This document shows positions 28,057-35,015 of a stretch of 35,015 bases of DNA, piece by piece (positions within the stretch are counted from its first letter, which is position 1; every line of letters starts with the position of its first letter). Below the pieces are notes generated by a model. It was given only the letters and a program-made list of their open reading frames with translations. It was not told the DNA's origin and ran no database searches. The position numbers and the translations under genes are program-made. This DNA is from Desulfobia sp. (GTDB taxonomy: Bacteria; Desulfobacterota; Desulfobulbia; Desulfobulbales; SURF-16): contig JBEPXR010000005.1 in NCBI GenBank assembly GCA_041641775.1, positions 1 to 35,015 of the forward strand. The letters are read 5' to 3'.

Positions 28057-28259
28057 AAAGTCAATGGGCTAATTCTTATCCCCTGTATACTCGTAGATAG
28101 TAGCTAATTTTGCCAGACTTGCAAGAGTGTTTTTGAAGGGGCAGCTTCAAATATAGCCATGTCTGCCGTCCATCCAGGCTGTTTTGATTCTGGAGAGAAT
28201 GATAACTTATTGATATATTAAGGTAAAATTGTGTCGTCTTAACGTAACAGGAGGAATCT

Positions 28260-29459
28260 ATGAAACCGATAGAACTGATGAAGGATATTTACTGGGTCGG
28301 AGCTCTGGACTGGTCCCTGCGGGACTTCCATGGATATTCCACCGAAAAGGGATCAACCTATAATGCTTATCTGATCATAGATGACAAGATCACCCTTGTA
28401 GATACGGTCAAGAGCAGCCATAAGCTGGACCTTGAACACCGGATACGCAATCTGATCGATCCCAGAGAAATAGATTATATCGTGGTTAATCACGTGGAAA
28501 TGGATCACTCCGGCTCCCTGCCCGAGATGGTCGAACTGATAGAACCCGAAAAGATAATCTGTTCAAAAATGGCTCATAAGGCTTTGGTCCAGCACTTTCA
28601 CCAGGAAGACTGGCCCTATGAGATAGTCGAATCAGGAAGTGAATTGAGCCTGGGGAGGAAGACCCTTTCCTTTTTGGAAACCAGAATGCTGCACTGGCCA
28701 GACAGCATGTTTACTTATGTCAAGGAAGACAAGCTTCTTTTCTCCAGTGACGCCTTTGGTCAACATTATGCCACCAGTGAGCGTTTCGATGATGAGGTGA
28801 ACAATACGGAACTGATGCACCAGGCGGCTAAATACTATGCCAATATCCTGACACTTTATTCTCCCCTGGTGGAAAAGCTCCTTAAAAAGGTGGCGGAAAT
28901 TGGTCTCGATATCAACATGATAGCCCCTGATCACGGTCTTATATGGCGCGGAAATCCCGGTCAGATAATTGATGCATACGACCGGTGGAGCAGCCATGAG
29001 AGCCTGGGCAATGTCCTGGTGATCTATGATACCATGTGGGAAAGTACGGAGAAGATGGCCAAGGCGGTGGCTGACGGTATTGAGGAAGAAGGAGTCAGCA
29101 TCCAGCTTTTTAACTTGAAGGTCAATCATCGTAGTGATGTGATGACCGAGGTCCTCCAGGCCGGGGGGATAGTGCTTGGATGCCCTACACTCAATAACGG
29201 CATGCTGCCCAGGATGGCGGATTTTCTCATGTACATGAGGGGGCTGCGTCCTGCCAACAAGGTGGGAGCCGCCTTCGGCTCCTTCGGCTGGAGTGGTGAA
29301 TCGGTCAAGCTCTTGAACGAGGCGATGGAAGAGATGAAGTTCGAAATCATCGATCCGGGAATAAGGGTCAAATATGTCCCCGGTCACGAGCAGCTCAAGG
29401 AGTGCCGGGAGTTGGGCAACCGGATCGCCAGGGAAATAAGGGGAAGGCAGGAGCAGTAA
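28260..29459 (+). CDS. fprA: flavodiiron protein (FprA / rubredoxin:oxygen oxidoreductase type)
   Basis: The metallo-beta-lactamase-like domain carries the diiron motif HVEMDHSG. The C-terminal flavodoxin domain carries VLVIYDTMWESTEKMA. AGGAGGA lies upstream of ATG 28260. Confidence 0.9.
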   Translation: MKPIELMKDIYWVGALDWSLRDFHGYSTEKGSTYNAYLIIDDKITLVDTVKSSHKLDLEHRIRNLIDPREIDYIVVNHVEMDHSGSLPEMVELIEPEKIICSKMAHKALVQHFHQEDWPYEIVESGSELSLGRKTLSFLETRMLHWPDSMFTYVKEDKLLFSSDAFGQHYATSERFDDEVNNTELMHQAAKYYANILTLYSPLVEKLLKKVAEIGLDINMIAPDHGLIWRGNPGQIIDAYDRWSSHESLGNVLVIYDTMWESTEKMAKAVADGIEEEGVSIQLFNLKVNHRSDVMTEVLQAGGIVLGCPTLNNGMLPRMADFLMYMRGLRPANKVGAAFGSFGWSGESVKLLNEAMEEMKFEIIDPGIRVKYVPGHEQLKECRELGNRIAREIRGRQEQ

Positions 29460-29504
29460 ACTATGACTTCTTCCGAATGAAAAACCTGCCCCCTCACTTA
29501 AGAG

Positions 29505-29538
29505 GGAGAGAGGCACGAAGGTTATCGTGCCTCTCTCC
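29505..29538. terminator. perfect 14-bp hairpin between convergent fprA and DUF1634 genes (probable bidirectional terminator)
   Basis: GGAGAGAGGCACGA-AGGTTA-TCGTGCCTCTCTCC, read directly from the sequence. There is no clean T tract on either side, so the intrinsic-terminator call is tentative. Confidence 0.5.
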
Positions 29539-29586
29539 TGTCAACCTTCTGAATACAGAAATCCGCTTATTCCGCCGACATCCCGG

Positions 29587-30030
29587 TTAGTGACCGCCGC
29601 TGACAAGTCCGCTGGCAGCCAGTAACAGGATAAGTACCTCCAGAATGGAAAGTCCTGCATAGAGCTTATCACCTTCCTTGATCAGGGTCGGGACAATGGC
29701 GATGTAGCAGAAAATGGTTACTGCGGCCAGGAAGGCTATCCCTATGAGATTGAGGTAGTCACCGTGGCTGACCAGGGACAGCCAGTTCCACTGGTCCGGA
29801 GTCTCTTCAATGGCATCGTAGTTGGCGGTAATTGCCTGCAGGTATTCATGGGCAGGCATTGAGTAATACTGGTCCAAATCCTGAACCGGTATGGCGGGTT
29901 TCATAATACCGAATACATAAAGGGCGAAGAAGACGAATAAGATAACCATGCCGATCTTCATGCCGATATCGAGTATGTTGCCATACAGGACCTGCTCTTT
30001 GGTTGCTGTTGTTGCATTTGCTTCAGCCAT
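29587..30030 (-). CDS. DUF1634-like membrane protein (usual partner of TauE/SafE permeases)
   Basis: 147 aa with about 4 TM segments. It lies 35 nt downstream of the TauE-like gene. The family assignment is from memory of this gene pairing. Confidence 0.6.
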   Translation of the reverse strand: MAEANATTATKEQVLYGNILDIGMKIGMVILFVFFALYVFGIMKPAIPVQDLDQYYSMPAHEYLQAITANYDAIEETPDQWNWLSLVSHGDYLNLIGIAFLAAVTIFCYIAIVPTLIKEGDKLYAGLSILEVLILLLAASGLVSGGH

Positions 30031-30065
30031 AATTTTTCCTCCTGATATGCGTTGATCCTGTCTTT

Positions 30066-31151
30066 TTAGCCTATCATGTCTGCAGCCGGATGGACAGGGG
30101 AAGCTGCGGCAGGCTGAATCTGTTCAATAACTTCGCTGTGATGTTGAGGCTCGTCTGCAGCCATATTTTTTTCCTGATAGGCGCTCCAGCCTGCCATCAG
30201 CGATTTGATTCCGGCAAAAAGAAGGATCGCTATAACTACCCAGCGGACAACAACCGGCTTGGTTACCTTGAGAAGGCGTACACCGATAAAGGAACCGAGC
30301 ATGATACCGATAACCGAAGGAACGACCATCATGGGAATAATGCAGCCGTTGGTGAAATACGTCCAGGCCGCGGAGGTATCGGTGATACTGAGCAGGAATT
30401 TGCTGGTTGCTACACTGATCTTGATGGGAGCGCCCATTACCAGGTTTAGTACCGGAACGTTGGCCCAACCCGCTCCCAGACCGAACATTCCGGCAATCAG
30501 GCCTATAAAGATGAAGAGAAAGAGCCCCAGAGGGGTGCGGTGAATTTTCCAGTCAATCTCCTGGCCGCTGCTCTGGTCGGTAAAGACACCGAAGATTCTC
30601 ATGGAGGATGAAAGGGCATCGGACTTGGGAACATCGGGTACTTCTGATTTTTTGGCGGTGACCATAACTACGACAATGAACATGATGACAATGCCGAGCA
30701 GGCCCTTGGTCAGGTATTCGGGCATGCCCAGTCCCAGCTTGGCCCCGAGAATGGCGCAGGTCGAAGCGACAAGTGCAACCGGTATGGCCAGACGCAGGTT
30801 GGCCATTCCAGACCTCAACAGGCCGGGTCCTGCGGCAAGTGCTCCTGAAAGGGCGACCAGCAGGCCGGCCCCCCTGACAAAGTCCATGTGGAATGGGAAA
30901 AAACTGAAGCTGCCGATAATGGGGACAAAGAGAACACCTCCACCGACACCTCCCAGCACAGCAAAGATACCCATTACAAAAGTAATGATGAAAAGAATGA
31001 GGGGCCAGAACCACCAGGCATACTCGCCGGTGGCCGCGGCCGTCGCAGCTGCGGCTTCAGGCCCTCCGTTTGCAGCCAGGGCCAGGGCCGGCAGGAGAAG
31101 GAGAGAGCCTGCCAGGGCCAATCCTCCCGTCTTCATGATTTTTGGTAACAT
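30066..31151 (-). CDS. TauE/SafE (DUF81) family anion exporter, with N-terminal signal-like segment
   Basis: Gly-rich TM repeats GGVGGGVLFVPI and GLGAGWANVPVL are typical of DUF81. The N-terminus MLPKIMKTGGLALAGSLLLLPALALAANG looks like a signal peptide. GGAGG lies upstream of ATG 31151. Confidence 0.8.
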   Translation of the reverse strand: MLPKIMKTGGLALAGSLLLLPALALAANGGPEAAAATAAATGEYAWWFWPLILFIITFVMGIFAVLGGVGGGVLFVPIIGSFSFFPFHMDFVRGAGLLVALSGALAAGPGLLRSGMANLRLAIPVALVASTCAILGAKLGLGMPEYLTKGLLGIVIMFIVVVMVTAKKSEVPDVPKSDALSSSMRIFGVFTDQSSGQEIDWKIHRTPLGLFLFIFIGLIAGMFGLGAGWANVPVLNLVMGAPIKISVATSKFLLSITDTSAAWTYFTNGCIIPMMVVPSVIGIMLGSFIGVRLLKVTKPVVVRWVVIAILLFAGIKSLMAGWSAYQEKNMAADEPQHHSEVIEQIQPAAASPVHPAADMIG

Positions 31152-31634
31152 TAATAGTTCCTCCTTTTAAGGCTGATCTTTTACTCTGCCCCCTTTCCAC
31201 CGGCGGACCAATCCCTTATCATTTCGAGCGAAGGGAGGATTCTATTCTTGGGGCGGTCAGCCCCCTTCAGCTTCCTCGCTTCGACCTAAATGACAGTTTT
31301 TGACGGATTTCCCTGAAACGGGCGAAATGCTAAGCGCACCGATTGCCGAAAATTGCGGCATTGGAAAGCCGGGGCTGGAAAAGGTGAGTGCAGAGTCCGG
31401 TTAATAATGAGAATTTCCCACTTGCTTTACCCCGTTGAAATAAACTACTAAGACATAATGCGACCTGCTATTAATTTCAAGGGGAAATAAAAAAAACTTG
31501 TCCAGTTGCATAGAGTGGTGAGGAAGTAATCCGGGGAATAAAAAGAATAAGCAGTGATTAGCGGATTACCGGGCCGGGTTGCAACCGGAAATTCTCCTGC
31601 GGATTTATATCCAGAGCATGAATACGAGGTGCCT

Positions 31635-33092
31635 ATGGAAGACGATAGTATTAATGAACTGATAGAGACGGTGGCGGAATATGTCCGGGAAGTCGATACA
31701 CCTGTAGTCGATCTGATCGCCGTTCAGAGCAGGGATCCCTACAGGATTCTCGTCGCTACCATTCTTTCGGCCCGGACCAGGGATGGAGTGACGGCAGAGG
31801 CCGCGAGCAAACTGTTTAGGGAAGCTCCTGATCTGAAGCATCTGGCAAAACTTTCCAGAGGGAGAATAGAGAAGCTTATTTATCCGGTCGGATTTTTCAG
31901 AAACAAGGCCGGATATCTGAAAGAGCTTCCCGAATCCCTGGAGCAGTTCGGGGGTCGGGTTCCCGGCGAGGTTGAGGACCTCATGCGTCTTCCCGGGGTC
32001 GGACGTAAAACAGCTACCCTGGTGGCCGCCGTGGCCTTTGAGAAAGATGAAATATGTGTTGATACCCATGTTCATCGGATCATGAATATCTGGGGCTATG
32101 TGGAGACCGGGACTCCTTTTCAGACAGAAAAAGCCCTGCGGGAAAAGCTGCCGAAAAAATACTGGAGGACAATTAATTCCAATCTGGTCAAATTCGGTCA
32201 GGCCGTATGTAAACCGGTGGCGCCTCACTGTGACAGGTGTCCCGTCAATGCCCTCTGTCCCAGAATCGGGGTGACCCCAAGGCGCCCTCCTACCCGTGTG
32301 TCCAGTAGACAAAAATCCAGTCTCACGCTGATTTCCTGGAATGTCAACGGCGTCAGGGCGGCGGCCAAAAAAGGATTCAGAGAGGTAATAGAAGAAATCT
32401 GTCCCGATGTTGTCGCCATTCAGGAAACCAAGGTCCAGGAGGATCAGCTTCCGGAAGAACTGGCGCAAATACCGGGCTACTCATCCTATTGGTTTGGAGC
32501 GGAAAGAAAAGGGTATTCCGGCGTAGCTGTCTATACCCGTCTGGAACCTCTCCGGGTACTTAAGGGATTGGAAGAGGAGGATTTCGACCGGGAGGGAAGG
32601 GTGCTCACCCTGGAATTTGAAGACTTCTTCCTGGTCAATGTCTATTTCCCGAACAGCGGTGAAGGTCTCAAGCGTCTGCAGTACAAGCTGCGTTTTGATG
32701 AAATCTTCCTCTCCTATGTTGAGAAACTGCGGAACCGGAAATCCGTGGTGATCTGCGGGGACTTTAATGTGGCCCACAAGGAGATTGATCTTGCCAATCC
32801 GTCGAGAAATGAGCATAACGCCGGTTTTACCCAGGAGGAGCGTCTGTGGATGGATAACTTCCTGGCTTCCGGGTTCGTTGATACCTTCCGGATGTTCACC
32901 GAGGGAGCTGGGCATTATACCTGGTGGAGCTACCGGTTCAATGCCAGGTCCAGGAATATAGGCTGGCGTATCGATTATTTCTGTGTCGATGAAGCCAGCA
33001 GGGATAGAGTGGAAGGCAGTTTCATCCTGAATCAGGTGATGGGATCAGACCATTGCCCGGTTGAGCTGAAATTCGCCGTCCGGAGGCCGTAA
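31635..33092 (+). CDS. fusion of endonuclease III (Nth, HhH-GPD/FeS) and exodeoxyribonuclease III (Xth, EEP fold)
   Basis: I prefer ATG 31635 (GAGG upstream); the listed ORF starts at GTG 31554. Nth motifs: LVATILSARTRD, LPGVGRKTATLV, VDTHVHRI and CKPVAPHCDRCPVNALC. A Pro/Arg/Ser linker follows. Xth motifs: LISWNVNGVRAA, IQETK, GDFNVAH and GSDHCPV. Confidence 0.85.
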   Translation: MEDDSINELIETVAEYVREVDTPVVDLIAVQSRDPYRILVATILSARTRDGVTAEAASKLFREAPDLKHLAKLSRGRIEKLIYPVGFFRNKAGYLKELPESLEQFGGRVPGEVEDLMRLPGVGRKTATLVAAVAFEKDEICVDTHVHRIMNIWGYVETGTPFQTEKALREKLPKKYWRTINSNLVKFGQAVCKPVAPHCDRCPVNALCPRIGVTPRRPPTRVSSRQKSSLTLISWNVNGVRAAAKKGFREVIEEICPDVVAIQETKVQEDQLPEELAQIPGYSSYWFGAERKGYSGVAVYTRLEPLRVLKGLEEEDFDREGRVLTLEFEDFFLVNVYFPNSGEGLKRLQYKLRFDEIFLSYVEKLRNRKSVVICGDFNVAHKEIDLANPSRNEHNAGFTQEERLWMDNFLASGFVDTFRMFTEGAGHYTWWSYRFNARSRNIGWRIDYFCVDEASRDRVEGSFILNQVMGSDHCPVELKFAVRRP

Positions 33093-33099
33093 TCTCTTT

Positions 33100-33858
33100 T
33101 CATTTTATCAGTCTGCGCTTCAGCAGAACGGCAGCAAGCGTCGTGGCTGCAGCTGCCCCCAGGCAGACCGCTGTGACCTGCAGGGGCCAGACGGAGGTGA
33201 ATTCACCGTAACAGAACGCTCTGGCCAGATTCACCATCGGGGTAAGAGGCAGAAACTGGAGGATGAAACCGGTTGTCTCCGGCAGGCTGTTGAGAGAATA
33301 GAATATGCCTGAAAAAAGAAAGAGCGGGGTCAGGAAGAGGGAGACGAAATAGTTGAAAAACTCGTAGCTTGCAGCCAGGGAGCTCATGATCAGCCCCAGG
33401 GCGGCAAACATGAGTCCCTCGATAAAAAGGATCGGTAGAAAAAAGATGATCCATCCCGAGGGAATCAGACCGAAGAGGGGAAGGGCCAGGAGCATTATCA
33501 CCCCGGAAAGCAGGCCCTTGCAAGCCCCCCAGATAACCTCTCCTACCGCCAGTTCGGTGGCGGAAACCGGGCTCATCATAATGCCGATAAAGGTGCTCTG
33601 GGTGGCCAGCCTTGTATAGGAGCCATAGGTGGCTTCAAAAGCGGCGCTGTACATCACGGCTGAAGCGGTGAGGCCGGGAGCAATAAACTGCAGGTAGTTG
33701 TGTCCTTCTATTTCAGTGATGGTCCGACCCAGACCGTATCCCAGGGCCAGAAGGAAAAGAAAAGGCTGCCCCAGGTTGCCGATCAGACTGGCGATCATGT
33801 TTTTGCGCCATACTTTGGCGTTGCGCCGGGTTACCCTCAAGGCACCGATCAGTTTCAT
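33100..33858 (-). CDS. ABC-2 type exporter permease (NodJ-like)
   Basis: Six-TM ABC-2 pattern. The N-terminus WRKNMIASLIGNLGQPFLFLLALGYGLG is typical of the NodJ/YadH group. It lies downstream of the ABC ATPase. Confidence 0.8.
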   Translation of the reverse strand: MKLIGALRVTRRNAKVWRKNMIASLIGNLGQPFLFLLALGYGLGRTITEIEGHNYLQFIAPGLTASAVMYSAAFEATYGSYTRLATQSTFIGIMMSPVSATELAVGEVIWGACKGLLSGVIMLLALPLFGLIPSGWIIFFLPILFIEGLMFAALGLIMSSLAASYEFFNYFVSLFLTPLFLFSGIFYSLNSLPETTGFILQFLPLTPMVNLARAFCYGEFTSVWPLQVTAVCLGAAAATTLAAVLLKRRLIK

Positions 33859-34006
33859 TACAGTATTCTCTTTTGTTTTTTAAATATCCTGCGTGGCTGG
33901 CATTATTTGCCAAAAAAATAAATCGTCTCTTGTTCTTGTTTCCCGGACATTGAGAAAGTGGGTGACGGCTCGAGGGCCTAATTTCAATTTCGATTTGGAG
34001 TAATCA

Positions 34007-34933
34007 CTATGCTTCCTGCAGAGATCTGCCGGTCAGTTGGATAAAGAGGTCTTCCAGATTAGCCGGGCGGCGCAGCCAGGTGTCACTCTTCCTGACTTTA
34101 TCCTCCAGTTCGGCGCATTGCCTGCCCGTGTAAATGAAGAGACCGTCAGTCACTCTTTCTATGGTGGCCTGGCATTCCCGGGCTATGGCCTCCAGCTTCT
34201 TCAGGTTTTCAGGCCGGTCGTGGACCTCAAAGACGTCAATGCCCACCATGTCGGTTATCAGTTGCTGGGGTTCCCCCTGGGCCACGATTTCTCCGTGGTT
34301 GAGAACCACCACCCGGTCGCTGAGCCGGGAAACTTCGTCCATATAATGGCTGGTCAGCAGCATGGTTACTCCCTTGTCTTTAAGGGACTGCAGTCGCTGC
34401 CAGATCAAATATCTGGCCTGAGGATCAAGGCCCACTGTCGGTTCGTCCAGAATCAGAAGCTCCGGCTCATGGATCAGGGCCCTGGCCAGCAGAAGCCGGC
34501 GGCGCTGACCCCCTGACAGGTGGTGAATTACTTCATGCCGCCGGTTTTCCAGGGCAAAGAAATCCAGTAATTCTCTGCTTCTTTTCAGGGCCGCTTCCAA
34601 GGACAGGCCATAGTAAGAGCCGTAGGTCTGGAGATTTTCCTCCACGGTCAGGTCGGGGTCCAGCGTATCTTCCTGTGGTGAGATTCCGAGACGCGACTTG
34701 ACCTGTTTTTCATTGCCGGGAACCGATATCCCCAGGACCTCAAGTTCACCCGAAGTTATGGTGGCAAGGCCGAGCAGCATATTGATGATGGTGGTCTTCC
34801 CAGCCCCATTCGGCCCCAGCAGTCCAAGACATTCACCCTTGTTGACGGTGAAGTTGACCTTATTGACCACGGGCTGGCCGGAGTAAGTCTTTACCAGATC
34901 AATGGCCTTGATTATATGTTTTTCGGTGGACAT
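34007..34933 (-). CDS. ABC transporter ATP-binding protein (NodI/DrrA-like)
   Basis: Walker A GPNGAGKTT, signature LSGGQRRRL, Walker B LLILDEPT and an H-loop TSHYM. The first listed codon (34936) is TTG, and the adjacent ATG at 34933 is the more likely start. Confidence 0.9.
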   Translation of the reverse strand: MSTEKHIIKAIDLVKTYSGQPVVNKVNFTVNKGECLGLLGPNGAGKTTIINMLLGLATITSGELEVLGISVPGNEKQVKSRLGISPQEDTLDPDLTVEENLQTYGSYYGLSLEAALKRSRELLDFFALENRRHEVIHHLSGGQRRRLLLARALIHEPELLILDEPTVGLDPQARYLIWQRLQSLKDKGVTMLLTSHYMDEVSRLSDRVVVLNHGEIVAQGEPQQLITDMVGIDVFEVHDRPENLKKLEAIARECQATIERVTDGLFIYTGRQCAELEDKVRKSDTWLRRPANLEDLFIQLTGRSLQEA

Positions 34934-35015
34934 CAATTGGCCGTTGTCATTAAAGGAGTAGAGAGGAAGATCTTCAGTCCCCGAAGAAACATTTCCACCG
35001 AAATCGCTGTAAGAA

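Noticed and set aside
28210-28229. TTGATA...TAAAAT just upstream of fprA, considered as a sigma70 promoter.
   Set aside because: The spacer between the hexamers is only 8 nt, which is incompatible with a -35/-10 promoter.
28632-29516. 294-aa ORF antisense to fprA.
   Set aside because: It is the same situation. fprA has unambiguous diiron and flavodoxin motifs and an AGGAGGA RBS, whereas the antisense frame has no motif and no RBS.
31226-31300. GGGGCTGA... on the minus strand, reminiscent of a tmRNA 5' end. AGTCCGG at about 31394 is reminiscent of the RNase P core.
   Set aside because: There is no tRNA-like 3' end (GGTTCGAATCC...CCA), no GAGGAAAGTCCGGGC or ACAGAACCCGGCTTA blocks, and the length and context are wrong.
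31605-32468. 287-aa ORF antisense to the Nth half of the fusion. Similar long antisense ORFs occur at 13286-14020, 22408-23073, 17333-17971, 8149-8751 and 12577-13170.
   Set aside because: All are nested opposite well-supported genes and have compositionally biased translations. I treat them as shadow ORFs.

Overview
The window reads as an ordinary chromosomal segment of an anaerobic, probably sulfur- or sulfate-metabolising Desulfobacterota-like bacterium. That taxonomic guess is inference from gene content: DsrC-like protein, FprA, DVU0298-like protein, N-ATPase. I found no rRNA, tRNA, CRISPR array, transposase or integrase. Gene content falls into five modules. (1) 1-16.9 kb is a trehalose locus: a treY 3' fragment, a three-domain beta-PGM/T6P-phosphatase/GH65 fusion, a DUF5752-like gene, treT, and treZ. 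It is split by an 8.3 kb minus-strand operon encoding a complete N-type (delta-less, atpDCQRBEFAG) ATPase. That operon is preceded by translationally coupled genes for a CPA2 cation/proton antiporter and a CBS-pair protein. Together this looks like a salt and osmotic stress island. (2) 17-19.5 kb holds an AlsS-like TPP enzyme, a degenerate or frameshifted receiver domain, and a PilZ protein. (3) 19.8-24.1 kb holds a small Cys-containing coiled-coil protein, a DsrC/TusE-like protein with a non-canonical C-terminus, and an encapsulated-ferritin (EncFtn) homologue with no shell gene nearby. It also holds an apgM plus nucleotidyltransferase pair and a second PilZ paralogue. (4) 24.5-31.2 kb holds yedF, an alpha/beta hydrolase, a HEAT-like protein, a Fur-family regulator plus ferritin operon divergent from fprA, and tauE/safE plus DUF1634. 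(5) 31.6-35 kb holds an endonuclease III-exonuclease III fusion and a NodIJ-like ABC exporter. The strongest candidates for something undescribed are the antiporter-CBS-N-ATPase supra-operon, the tri-domain trehalose fusion enzyme, the atypical DsrC-like protein, the orphan EncFtn and the Nth-Xth fusion. All functional calls rest on motifs I recognise in the translations. No database search was run.
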